Source: Bugula neritina (Eukaryota > Animalia > Bryozoa). Taken from it: DNA of 31,115 bases. Below the pieces are notes generated by a model. That model worked only from the letters and a program-made list of their open reading frames with translations. It was not told the origin of the DNA and did not search any database. Positions 11,538 through 23,752 of this stretch are shown here, piece after piece (position 1 is the first letter of the stretch; each line of letters starts with the position of its first letter). The position numbers and the translations under genes are program-made. The stretch is taken from the NCBI GenBank assembly GCA_964035545.1, contig CAXIUT010000264.1:1-31115 (forward strand), read 5' to 3'.

Positions 11538-12412
11538 ATGAAGGTTTAAGACTTTACGTATTAGGATAACTATCTTATTAGTTATTTACTTTGTTGGTTT
11601 TGCAAGCAAGTTTTAAGAGATCCAACTAGATTACATCCATGTGGTCACACTTTTTGTTTAAAATGTATTTAATCCAAATAGTTTTGTTTATTCTGCTCAA
11701 AAGAGATATCAACCAGCCAGGCAGATCTAACGGCTAGCAATCTCATTTCAGATCTAAAAGTAAAATGTTCTTTTTGTACATTCAATGGTATTGTAGTATT
11801 AATATAGGAACCTATGAAGATTATCAAAATTATCATCAAAAAAATTGTAAACTCAAATTATGTGGCGGAGTCTAAGGATGGATCCTACAAATGCAATAAA
11901 GCTTAAACAACTTCTCTCCTAAAATATAAAACAATCATCAACTAGAATAAAACCACCATTCAGTTCAATAAAATATTATAAAAGCAAAATAGAATAAAAT
12001 GCAGTAAAAGGATGTCATAGAATAAGGTGGAGAGTAAAAGGATATCATAGAATAAGGTGGAGAGTAAAAGGATGTCATAGAATAAGGTGGAGAGTAAAAG
12101 GATATCGCAGGATAAGGTGTAATGATAGAACAGAGGTATTTACCTATTGATGACTATATAATTTTAGATAAACCTATTTCTATTATTGAATAAATGAAAG
12201 AATAAAGACAAGCTATAAGCCTTTTGGAATAATCATCGATAAAAGAAATAGAAGTAGTAGAAGTAGAATATGGATAGAATAAGGAAGGAATAAACCACAT
12301 ATAGACAAGATCTAAGCCAAAAACAAATTCTATCCATTACTTCATCAACAAGTTCACAAATAAAAACATTAATAAACCATCAAAACAAAACAAAAATCTC
12401 ATATAACTCTGA
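11538..12412 (+). CDS. RING-HC zinc finger protein (TRAF-like N-terminus)
   Basis: CWFCKQVLRDPTRLHPCGHTFCLKCIESKEFCLFC, then LKVKCSFCTFNG..HQKNC. 20-nt intron at 11788-11807; 284 aa. Confidence 0.82.
12003..12118 (+). repeat. 30-bp coding tandem repeat x4, EKD(V/I)IEEGGE
   Basis: gtaaaaggatgtcatagaataaggtggaga units. Confidence 0.88.
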
Positions 12413-12515
12413 TCTAAAAAACTTAACCAACTACTACTTTTATTATTATTCTATCTTCACTATTCCATCCTAATCATTTTATACTTCGTTTATTTAGTAA
12501 ATTTATATCAAAATA

Positions 12516-13901
12516 TCAATGACGGTTTAATTTAATATTAAAACGACAAGCTGGACAGTTAGCAGTAGTCGACAACCAATCCTCCAAACAACTCTTATGA
12601 AATTAGTGGCCGCATCCCACCACATACACCTACTCACCAACCATCATACCACTCAAACATATTGGACACTCTCCATCCACAGACAACCTACATGTCTTCA
12701 ACAACTACTTTCCTCTGCCTTCCAACCCACGAGTTATCACTACTCCCTCTATTCCATTCAAATGCCCTGCCTATAACACTCTCAACCCAGAAGCAGACTC
12801 TCCCATCTCCCGCTGACCCAACATCACCATTTCTCCAACACGATTGAACAACTAAATCCTAAAATTACCCAATCCATTGGCTAAAGAATTACCTGGATTC
12901 TCTCTTACCATCATATAAGACAGGTTTATCCTTTAAAGCTCTTAAATTTGTCTCTCTATTGCCTCCTTGTTATGATATCCTCCGAATTTCATCTTTAATA
13001 ACTGCTCAACTTGTCGATCTATCATCGCTTCACTCATCTAGATATGAGCCAAAGGGTCATTTAAAGCAACCATCCCTCCAGTCCCTCTTTCCTCCAATTA
13101 TAAATTTTTAAGTGCTTCTTCCCTCTTTTTTCGTCTTTCCTTGTCCTCCTCTCGAGCCTTTCTGCGAGCTTATATCTTTTTAGTCATTTATTTAAGTTCG
13201 ATCTATCTCTCTTCTTGCTCTTTTCTCTCTTTTTCTTTCTGAATCTCTCTCTCAATCCTTGTTTTTTCCTTCCTTTGTTCTTCTTCTCTTATTCTCTACT
13301 ATTCTTTTTTCTTATCTTTTTATTCATTTTATTTGAGTATCTTCTCCTCTTCTTCTTTCTGCTTTAATCTCTCTTTTTACCTCAGTTCTTATTATTTCTC
13401 CATCAACAACAACAACTTTTTCTTCTCTTCCTAATCACCTACTTCTTCTCTAATTGTCTCCTTTAATTATACCAATTTTTATTTTTATATTATTTAAGGG
13501 TGAACTTGAGATTATCTATCACTTTTCTTTTGATTTTTCTTAGAACAAACCGATATTCCTTGACCTTTTATATTTTTATTATTAATATTATTGATTTTAC
13601 AACCCAACTCAACTTCATTAACATGAGTCTTAGACACCAATATTACTTTTTGAGGTATTCTAGCACCCATCTTGCCTTCTTTTGCTACTTTCTTTGGATC
13701 TCCTTGTCTGCTACTTCCTCTATTGACTTCCTTTTTCAACTATCTAGCATTTGTTCTATCATATTAATTTTTAATTATAGGTTTGTTTGTTCCTAGAGGT
13801 TTGTTTGTTCCTAGAGGTTTAGCTGGTTGATGTGAAATGGTGGGAGATAGGTTTTGCTGTTTCGCTACTGTGGCATTTCTGACATTTTTTATTCTAAACA
13901 T
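12516..13901 (-). CDS. RING-H2 E3 ubiquitin ligase with central charged coiled coil
   Basis: C-terminal [43 protein letters not shown]; start and stop in one frame, 461 aa. Confidence 0.85.
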
Positions 13902-14016
13902 TATCTAATATATGATTTATCCAATATCTAATAAAGATCTATCAATATCTATTCATGACTATCAATATATTATTAATAATCTATATCTACTTATTTCATC
14001 ATGCTTATGGTTTTAT

Positions 14017-14748
14017 TCATAAGTTGTATGTTCCTACTCCAGGAGTATTATGCATTTTCTTCCAAGCTTGAAACTCATGTCCTTCAGTTACCTTTTCAGG
14101 AGATGTTATTTTTAGTCCTTCTCCTACCCGTAAATCCATCTGCTTCCCAAAAGCCTACACATCTTCAGTATTAATAGAACTGCTAGAATCCATAGGTCTC
14201 AACTTGACTAGCCCAACTACTTCCTCCAAAGTTTCGATTACCAATCTCGTCTCAGATGTAATCAAGCTAACTCCTCCATGAAAGTAGTTACTCTTTGATA
14301 TTTGTTACAAATTATCTTTAAGCAAAATATACCGAATCCTTTCGATATTATCCTTCGCACTCTCATTCACACTCCCCAAATCCTTCTCTTTTAACAACTA
14401 AGAATAAGCCTTTCGAAGTGGTTCATCTTCGAGAAGTTCAAGAGGAGTCGTAGAAATAAAATAGACAGGGAGAGGTTGTTTCATCATTTGAAGATATGTT
14501 TGGTAAAAAGCCTATTTCCTAGTTACCTTCCATAGCTGCAACTGCTCCTACCTCTTCACCCATTTCTCACACTCAGATAACTTCTCCTTCTCACTTGCAC
14601 TACTCTCGATATCAATCAACACCACATTAATAGTAGGCTATTCAAATCCAATCCTTTTGATTTTACTGGAAGGCCCTTCGTTTTGCAACCTCTTGAAACC
14701 CAACATCCACACCCTTTCTGCCTCCATTATAATCTTATTATCCTTCAT
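14017..14748 (-). CDS. Hypothetical protein (~243 aa)
   Basis: Open frame with TAR=Glu from ATG 14748 (alternative ATG 14778) to TGA at 14017-14019; no family recognised. Confidence 0.6.
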
Positions 14749-14790
14749 CAAGTAAAACCAATTAACAAATAAAAACATCCACAATACCCC

Positions 14791-14862
14791 CACTTAATAG
14801 CTATGAGACACTTAATAGCTCTGAGACATTTAGTAGCTTTGAGACACTTAGTAGCTATGAGA
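14791..14862. repeat. 18-bp tandem repeat x4, probably intergenic
   Basis: cacttaatagctatgaga-like units. Confidence 0.85.
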
Positions 14863-14892
14863 ACCATTGAGAAGAATAATTATCAATATATA

Positions 14893-15795
14893 TCATAGCA
14901 TTGAATTATTGCTCAAATGATACTTCTGATTTAGTGATGATCTGTGTCGAGAAAGCCTCTCGTTTATATCAGCCTCGCTCATCGACAAGGCAATTTGACC
15001 ATCGACTCCGTACTCTCGGACCAGTTTGCTATGGAGAGCAACCATTTGCTAAAATTTGTCATCTTCTCCCTTTTAGTCTTCACAAACCAACTGCACACGT
15101 AAGGCCACTCCCTCTCCATCTGAGGCTCCTTTCCACCTGAATATCTTGCAAAATAGTCTTTCTCCTCTATCAAAACACTCTTCCAAATTAAAGACCACTT
15201 CTCCTTTGCCTCCCAAAGTTAAGATTTTAACAATTCCTCCTTTAATTTAAGGAATACAAAACTAGACAAAAATTCCACTTTCTACCTGTTCTTTCTTGTA
15301 GTAATTCTAAAACTTTCCCTTCCAGCTCAAAGGATGCACAACCATAGCTCCCACCTCTTTAGCCTGGGTCCATTTCACATCCTGCATCTACAACTTGACC
15401 AAACATCCAGGATTACTATTACCTGTATTCACTGTTTTCTTGAATGCTCTTATCTTCTACAAATCTTTATTAATTCTTGCTCTTAAAGCAGAGGACTAGT
15501 TACGATAGTTATCAATGTATCTGCCCAAGTTGATGATTTCTTTTTGGTACTAGTGGTATGTCTGGTTGAACTTTTGGTAGGAGAAGTTGGGGTCCAACTC
15601 GTCTATAAACTCTGGCATCTACAACTTCTAACCCATCTCTAACAAATCCCATACACCCAAAAAATATGTGAACTCAGTATCATAACGAGTAAAATGGCTA
15701 CTAACTAACGACTTCTTAGCCACCAAAACAGTCCTTTTAGTCGACTACTACTATACCTCACGACGACCTCCCAACTTCTCGCAACACTGACCCAT
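14893..15795 (-). CDS. Hypothetical protein with N-terminal MGQCC dual-acylation motif; beta-rich, possibly C2-like C-terminal half
   Basis: Intronless 300-aa ORF starting MGQCCEKLGG. Confidence 0.65.
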
Positions 15796-15960
15796 TATAA
15801 TCTATCATCCAAACATAACATCAACAACATCAACTTTACTAATCATCAAAAACACTACAAAACCTCATCAGCTGTCCTTTATTCATCTCACAAGACAACT
15901 ATCTTTGTAATAGTCGCAAGTTATCTTGTAAGTTGGTCCTTATAATTACTATCAGATTAT

Positions 15961-16598
15961 ATGTTCGGATAAAAAATAAAGCCAGGAAGTAGCTTTCTAT
16001 TTGGAATCATTAGAGTTCTCCTCTTTGTCTTCGGACTCACAGGAGCAGCTCTTATAGCAGTCGCCATCTGGTTCTGGACATAATTAAATGACTTCAGCTG
16101 GACGTAAATCGTCTTCCTCGCCTTTGGTGTCTTCGAACTCCTCCTAGTACTCCTTGGATGCACAGCTAAAACGTCTACTCCCAAGTATTTATCCCTTGAT
16201 CAAGACTAAAATGTTTTCTCTACATAATAGGTCTTCTATTCCTGATCGAGTTAACTCTGGGTATAATAATATTCGCGACAGGCGATAAGATAATCGACCA
16301 GGTTGTTGATAAAGCCAACGCTTAAGAGTAGTGGAACAAGATGAAAGACAACCTTTTTTATGTGAATGCAGTAGTTGTTGGGACATTGGTAGTTGAGCTA
16401 TTGATGATATTATGCGTTAAGTGCTATATTGGTTCACTAAGATAAAGAAACGCCTAATACGACTACAAACCAGTTGATTCTTAGGGGAATAAGGTGAGTT
16501 TGCAATAAAAACAAAATAATGATAAACAAGCCATCCATGACAAATATGCCGATAAAAAAAGATAAATGCATTAAAAGTATGGAAAACCAACCTATTGA
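15961..16598 (+). CDS. Tetraspanin-like four-TM protein
   Basis: Four hydrophobic segments with tetraspanin-like spacing (VLLGCTA..LKCFLYIIGLLFLIELTLGI). 20-nt intron at 16185-16204; 205 aa. Confidence 0.75.
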
Positions 16599-16781
16599 TA
16601 CGTCAATGCAATCATCATACATATACATACTCGCTAAAACTATATCTATTTCTTACTATTCATATTCTAAAATAACGCATGCAAATAGACGTTTTGGTTT
16701 AGCTTCAGTCGAACAGAAAAACATTACATCCTTTAAACTAATACAAGTTATTACAAGTGCAGATAAAAATATATATGATTA

Positions 16782-16973
16782 TCAACACCTCCTGAGTCCC
16801 CCTCCTCTATGTCCAAACCCTCTGTGTCCAAATCCTCCTCCAAGTCCGAATCCTCCTCCATGTCCAAATCCTCGACCATGGTGATGATGATTATATCCGA
16901 ATCCCCCATACCCGTGACGCCCATTATGTCCATAGCCGGGATGATTGACGGGGTCATAACAGCAAGCTCCCAT
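16782..16973 (-). CDS. 63-aa Gly/His-rich microprotein with MGACC N-terminus
   Basis: ATG...TGA ORF forming a GC-rich island between AT-rich flanks: MGACCYDPVNHPGYGHNGRHGYGGFGYNHHHHGRGFGHGGGFGLGGGFGHRGFGHRGGGLRRC. Confidence 0.7.
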   Translation of the reverse strand: MGACCYDPVNHPGYGHNGRHGYGGFGYNHHHHGRGFGHGGGFGLGGGFGHRGFGHRGGGLRRC

Positions 16974-17068
16974 ATTATTATTATATTATCAAAAATATAT
17001 TTGATAATAGCTTTTGAATCACATCTGCCATTCCTACCAGAAACCAATCAATGTCTTAAAAATAAAAA

Positions 17069-19334
17069 TCATAAATTATCCTCAACAGTTTTGCCTTCAT
17101 CTTCGAACACTTCCGACTCATCTTAGATTTTAACTTCTAGTTTATCCATTTGAGAATTCCACCCATTGATTTCTTCATCGAAAATCAACTCAAATCTATT
17201 CTTTTCTAAGGCTCCTTCAAGCCACATCTTTCTCCCTCCCATCCACTCGTCAGGAGGAGGAAACAAACTATCCACGCTCAACCTACATCGATCAACAGAT
17301 ACCTCAACGTCTGCTCCACCACTTCAGGTATCAACTCCTACAATAAAGAACAACTCGACTACAAACAAGGATTGGTATTTACTTATATTAGCCAAGGATT
17401 CAACTTAGAATCTACCATGAAATCCATCCCAAATAACTAAAAACAATATCTTCGATCGCTATCCAAATAACTATAACTGGCCCTCATCACATCCAGAGCT
17501 ATTGTTTTCATCCTAGGTATCACTTGCTAGTAGAATGATTTTCCATAATTTTTCTTTAAATATTTATCAAACTTCTCATAACTCAACTTGTTCCCTTCCT
17601 CGTATTTGCCATACTATCGACCCTACCGTTGAATAGTGTCGTTGGTCAAATGGGCCAACAAATTGCTATTTCTTTTAAGTGAAAAGACTAAGGATGAAGT
17701 TCTAGCATATCCCTCTTAGAACCAATATCCTTTAACTCTCCCATTCACACAAGTCATTAGTATAAAATGACGAATGTCTACCTTCCGATTCTGGTACAAC
17801 AAAGGATCACTTATATACTTCTGTAAAATATAGCTGCGATAGCTGCCATCAACGTATCTCTACCTCTCCTTCAACCTCAAACGAATCGACTACATGTCGT
17901 AACACACACTTATCCCACGACCACAGTTGCTATTCTCTCCAGGCTTCACGATCCAAATGTTCTACTGATCAGATCCATGCTATTGCTGAAAACGAAACCA
18001 TTCAACGTCATCCACTCCTCGAACGATATGGATAGTTGTAGGCAACACCTCAAAAACCTCTCTTCCATGCAGTCTATAATACCCACGCATCAAGTAAAAC
18101 AAAGCCTTCTTATTGCCTAAATCATATCTAATCTACCTAAATAGCCATTATTGATGAAATGGTTGTGAAGCTACATATTCTAAGAACTATCGATGCGACT
18201 CATCTTCTTGCGCGATAGCAACCAAGATCGGTTTTGGTAGGTTTTGTTGTTTAGAGTCTATTCGCTTTTCTAGTGCATCTATTCATGCCTTGACCAGCTT
18301 TACAAATCAAGCAGGTTAAATATTCTAGAATGCTTCTTTTGCCCACTTAAAAGATCCTTATTTGCAGCCTATCCCATTTTACTAGTATAAATATCTATCT
18401 GTTTCTATCCGATCTGTTTGCTCAAAAATGGCCCCATCTTCAGCTGGCTCCATACAAAATGGCAATTATCTGGATTTTAAACGATATTCCACCAAAATCT
18501 ACGACGAAACAAACTCTTCAACAAATTAGAATTATTCCCTCGACCTACAAACACCCTAAAACTGTCCTATCTACCTCCCGCTTTCACAAATAGTCCATTA
18601 GAATAGTTCACCTTCCACAAAAAATCATGATACTGAACCAGCCTCTACCTGTTCTTTGCCTATAATAATCCTGATTTCTAGTATGATCCAAAAATAAAAC
18701 GGTCTTTCTTTGATCTATTACTTCTACAAGGACAATAATCTCCTTCACCTACTGCCTTGCTCTTAGTCTTTACACTAAAATCCTTTTTCAAGTTGTTGCT
18801 CTTTTAACTATTACCTTTCTCCTGGCAAGGAATGGTTACTAGTTATTTACTGATCTATTTATCAAGTTAAAAAAATGTTTTTATTGCTTTTTTCTGCTTA
18901 CTGCTTGCCTCTTTGGTTTATTTCCTCTTAAAAATCAACACCTCTTGTATTCCAGATGATTATGTATTCATTTTTATAACTTGAGATCGACTCTTTTTCC
19001 TTCTTTTGATCATATTCAAATCCTCATAAAAAAGACTCTACTTAAAACTAAACATCGATACCGGCCTAAGTCTAATTGACTCACTCAACTAACTCGGATT
19101 CTCCCTCTTCTTCTCCTTCTTTACTAAAATTTGCTTCTTAATGCTTCTATAAATACAATTTTGTTTTGGCTTATTATCTTTTTAATTGAAAAGCAAAGTT
19201 ATTGTTTTTGATTCTGGTTTTTTTATTTGATGGCTAGTATTATTTTATCCTCCGATTGAGATAGTTTCAGATGATAATTGATTTGTTTTCTTAAGAAATT
19301 TTTAATAGCTAGAAGAAGCCAGTTGAGTAATCAT
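17069..19334 (-). CDS. Tubulin-tyrosine ligase-like protein, TTLL10-like (glycylase-type)
   Basis: VGRGNNSNLLKSLFRRRFWW, WIVKPGENSNCGRGI, YILQKYISDPLL, HLTND, FELFGMDFMVDSKLNPWLIEVNTNPCL. 20-nt introns at 18117-18136 and 17283-17302. Subfamily call tentative. Confidence 0.88.
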
Positions 19335-19401
19335 TTGCGGGTATATAATATTGTTTGATTAATAGTAAGAAAGAGTACTATTCTTTTTATTTATAGATTA
19401 C

Positions 19402-19526
19402 TTTATCATAATTTTATCATAGTTTATCATAGTTTATCATAATTTTATCATAGTTTATCATAATTTTATCATAATTTTATCATAGTTTATCATAGTTTAT
19501 CATAATTTTATCATAGTTTTATCATA
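19402..19526. repeat. Intergenic 10-11-bp minisatellite (ttatcatagt / ttatcataatt)
   Basis: About 11-12 alternating units upstream of the TTLL start. Confidence 0.88.
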
Positions 19527-19741
19527 TAGTTAATCTAACTTACAAGCTTACAACTATAACAACTTGAAATTAATTTATATTTACACCATTAAAGTTAAAT
19601 ATTAACTTAAATAAAATATCTATAAAACCTATTATTCATTACTTATATTATTATCAATATATACACTATACTTAATAATAAACTTTACAAGAAACATTAT
19701 AATGATTTATATTATTTGAATAGACAAGAATCAATAGACTA

Positions 19742-20560
19742 TCAATTCAGTTTGGGTTTACTATTCAACCTTATGGTAAATGTTTTTTCTCTCTAAGGCA
19801 CATCTAATAACATAAAAGTTTTATAAAAAGTCAACAGCAACTCATCCTAATTAGGCAACAAGTTAAATGCACAATTCAATGCTTTACTATTGAACTCCTT
19901 CGGCGAGTCATAGTTGTGCAAAGCAGAATCTTACACTCTCAACAACCAACTTATTTATGGATTTTACTCCTTATCACTCACTTCTAACATCCCCTTCGTA
20001 GAATTAAATCTAAACCACAAAGAAGTCAGCTTACATCCCCTGGCATAGCTAAGTATTCCTTCAAACAACCCCACCTTCAACAACTTCAACTCCATGCAGC
20101 TACTCTATCTGGGTCTCAAATCCTACTACCTTATGATCAAATCCTCATCATCCTGGTCACAACTCATCGATCGAGCCTGATACTCGATGTGTCCCTTACC
20201 TATTCGACAAACAATGCTAAACAGAGACTCAGATAAATTCAAATCGAGAATAAGTTTGTTGTTCTAGAACATGAAGCCTAGACCAGTGAAGTCCTACAAA
20301 TAGTATTTATGCAATGAGGGCTTTTATAAATTGTAACTATAGTATTGAAAGAGTTATTTTTTGAGAATGATTGTTATCAAAATGTCCTTAGCATTCGATA
20401 TGAATTGTAATTAGAGCTGCTATGATTTCACTATCACGTAAAAATATTAAACTCCTTTCAAATTCTTAGGACCGAGATCTTTGAAAATTTGCTTAAATAT
20501 CTGGGCCTTCAACTTCCCCTACAAACTAGAATAATCACTCTCAACCAACTATTACTACAT
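19742..20560 (-). CDS. Probable PCNA-fold 9-1-1 checkpoint clamp subunit (Rad1-like)
   Basis: Intronless 272-aa ORF beginning ATG TAG TAA TAG (MEEE). SNAKDILITIILKKELFQYY resembles the Rad1 N-terminal strand motif, and the size fits. Family call is inference. Confidence 0.5.
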
Positions 20561-20609
20561 TTATTATAAAAGACCGCCCAATATCAATATATATACAACT
20601 CATCAACCC

Positions 20610-20790
20610 ATATCAATATTAACAATGCATCAATATCAATGTTCTAACTAATAATACCCTCAATATCGATGTTCTAACAAATAATGCCATCAATATCAAT
20701 GTTCTAACAAATAATGCCATCAATATCAATTTATTAACAAATAATAGCATCAATATCATGTTCTAACAAATAATAGCATCAATATCAATA
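20610..20790. repeat. Intergenic ~30-bp minisatellite (~6 copies)
   Basis: atcaatatcaatgttctaacaaataatgcc-like units between the divergent Rad1-like and RPL24 genes. Confidence 0.88.
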
Positions 20791-20971
20791 AATATAAATA
20801 GAACCCTCCATTCTCCTTTGTTTAAATGTTTATCAAAGAATTATGCCTAGAAATAGGAGATATTCATCATTTAAATCAGGTGAATTATTTGTTTTAGGAA
20901 AGTATGAGGATGATAGTTGATGGAAGAGATGCTTTGAAGAATTTAATAATTAAATATTATAATATAAAGGT

Positions 20972-21476
20972 ATGGTGATTAAGACCGAATTATGCCACTT
21001 TAGCTAGTGGAAAATATACCCAGGTAAAGGTATCAGATACATCGCTAAAGATGGAAGACCCTTCCTCTACCTCAGCAAAAGAACCAGAAATTTCGGTATC
21101 AGGTACCTCTCCCTCATCCAGAAAACTAAAAGCTCAAAGACTCAGATGGACCACAGCATGGAGAAGACTCCATAAAAAACTTAAACAAGCCGACCAAGGA
21201 AAAAAACAAAAGAAGAAAGTCTTCAAAAAGTAAAGAGCCATCGAAGGAGTCACCCTCGATGACATCAAAAAGATGAAAAATGCCAAACCTTAAGAAAGAA
21301 AAGCATTGGCAGAAGAAGCTGTAAGAGATATAAAGGAAAGAAAGAGAGCAGCTGCAGCTAAGAAGATGGGATAAAACAAGAAGAACGTAAACAAAGAGAA
21401 ACAAGCTCAGCAAAAAGCCCAAGAAAAAGCTGCTCAAAAAGGACAAAAAAAAGCAGCAGGAAAAGTCAAAAAATGA
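20972..21476 (+). CDS. RPL24: 60S ribosomal protein L24 (eL24)
   Basis: [29 protein letters not shown]...RWTTAWRRLHKK. 19-nt intron at 21103-21121; 161 aa. Confidence 0.95.
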
Positions 21477-21584
21477 TCCCTCATCTGACTTATATCAACA
21501 CAATTAGTTGTTTATTTCGTTTAAGCGATATGAAGGGATCAACATTTTAATAGCCATGTTATAGTGATATAATAGTAAAATAAA

Positions 21585-22652
21585 ATGCAAGAAGAGGTGG
21601 AGAAGGTTTAGATGGACAGTTTATAACTGTTCGATTCCCCTCGCCAAGAAACATCCAGGTAATCTCTACTGTAGCGTTTCAAATACAAACAAAAGGGTTT
21701 GAAAAGTAAATTCAAAACCTACATAACAAGTCAAAAACAAAAATACCCACTCACCAACAAACACATCAAAATAGACAACTATTCATAATTAAAGAAAGAG
21801 AGCAGTTTGACTTTGAAGCAAATAAGAAAATAGAAATAAGAGTTACTAGATGAGATGAAAAACAACCTCAATCAAAGTCATTACCTGTAAAGTCGACAAA
21901 AATAGCAAGAAAGAACATTTTGTATCTTACAAAGAAAGCACGATAGAATAGAAGCAATACGCCAACAACATCGAAAATAGAACAGACAGATCGAAAGGAG
22001 TATCAAGCACTTGGCATAGGATTTGAAGAAGCATAAGCAGCAATCTAGAAAAAATATAATAGAGTCTAGAATAAAGATAAATCATTCGAGGAGTGCATGT
22101 GAGTAGAAGAAGATGCAGATAGGACTGTCTGCCAGAAAATAGCAATAATAGCTAATGTAGATAATAAACAACTAGAAAATATAACAATATTATCACAAGA
22201 AACGGGTTTGCTAGAAAATCAGACAAAAAGAACTACAAGTTCATCACATAATATAGCAATCAAAATAGCATAAATTAAATCAGGTGTATCAGCTAAAACT
22301 ATAAAAACTATTAAAATAACTGGCATAAAAATAATAAATAAAAGTAACATCCCTTCATATTCAGATAAAACACAATGATGTAGTTAGTAGTTGTCAGAAC
22401 AAGAAAAATCAATTCGTTAGTATTAACAAAAAACTATAATATAAAATCAGGTCGGTGAGAAATAGTCTAGGAGAGAAAGTCTGTCTCAACAATATATATA
22501 TGAATAGTAAATATCATAAATATCGAGGCAGTTGCGTTACATAGGTTTTGGATAATACTGGAATCGATACCATAGCCATGAATAGTTCAGCTATGACTGT
22601 CGGTAAAGCAAGCAAATATAAAAGCTTTACAGAGGCTAGCAGTGATCACTGA
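21585..22652 (+). CDS. Hypothetical coiled-coil protein (355 aa)
   Basis: Intronless frame with TAR=Glu; K/E/Q-rich. Confidence 0.65.
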
Positions 22653-22779
22653 TAATATTAGTTTATTTATATTTTATAAATTTATATATCGCTTAAAAAG
22701 ATAGATAAAAATAAACACCCCATTTATAGTTAACCAAAAAGACACATACATCATAAGCAACCAAGAAATACTATCAAAG

Positions 22780-23502
22780 ATGCCAGTACAGGACAAAGAA
22801 GACGGACAATTCGAGGTCTAGAAGATACTTGGAGAAAGGATAGCGAATTCAAGGAAATAGTACAAAATAAAATGGAAAGGATTTTCATTTTAAGAATGCA
22901 CATGGTAGCCACTCAGCAATTTGTCAACTTGCAGATAAATGGTAGAAGAATACAACTAAAAAAGAAGAAATAAATAGCTAAACAGCAGACCCACTTCCAT
23001 GAAAACAGTTACCTTCCACGAAACTTATAAAAGTAACACAGACAAAATGAAAAAGAAACCATACTTATAATCAGAAGATGAAGAATAAACAAGATCAGTC
23101 AAACACAAAAGAAACAACCCCATTCAAGCACCTCCCCTAGGCAAAAGGATCAACAACAAATCCAACAAACAACCACCAGCCCAAGCCACCAAAAGATATC
23201 AACCTGCAGGACAAGCCAGTAGCCAGGCATATCCATCCAGTAACAACAACAGACGCAACGTGGTGGTTGAAGACGATTCTGAAGAGGAGATGATGGCACC
23301 GAGAGTGGGAAGCAGTAAATTGTGTTAGTCTGAAGAAGTGGAAATGGTCATATAAGGGATGTTAAAAAAGGGGAATTAAATTGTGTACAAAATAAAAGAA
23401 AATAACAATATCAGAAGAGCCAGTAAAAATTAGATTATGAACAAAAATCCTGCTGCCTTGGTTGTCTTCTATGAAAAATTCATGAAATTTACCAAAGAAT
23501 GA
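22780..23502 (+). CDS. HP1-like protein (chromodomain, hinge, chromoshadow-like domain)
   Basis: FEVEKILGERIANSRKEYKIKWKGFSFEECTWEPLSNL at the N-terminus and NKNPAALVVFYEKFMKF at the C-terminus; 240 aa. Confidence 0.88.
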
Positions 23503-23710
23503 TTCTGTATGATCGTCTAGTCTATTATATCCTATGGAATCAAGATTAATAGTAAGATGGTAAGTAGTAGTTGGAATAAAGTTCAATATTTAAAGAGAAA
23601 ATTTATTAAATCCATAATGAATCACCTACTTTGTCTGTTTTAATGAGGACAATATAAGATTCAAAAGTATTGGATAAAGATTGGTAACAAAATCAATCAT
23701 GAATCATTGA

Positions 23711-23752
23711 AATAAGTCAAAATAAGTCAAAATAAATCAAAATAAGTCAAAA
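23711..23752. repeat. 10-bp tandem repeat x4 (aataagtcaa)
   Basis: Direct inspection; intergenic. Confidence 0.75.

Noticed and set aside
3037-19334. Functional ciliary cluster (channel, PKA, two TTLLs)
   Set aside because: These families are highly expanded in ciliates and are interspersed with unrelated genes; linkage across the internal telomeres is itself unproven.
20610-20790. CRISPR-like array
   Set aside because: The ~30-bp units are directly tandem with no unique spacers, and the context is eukaryotic.
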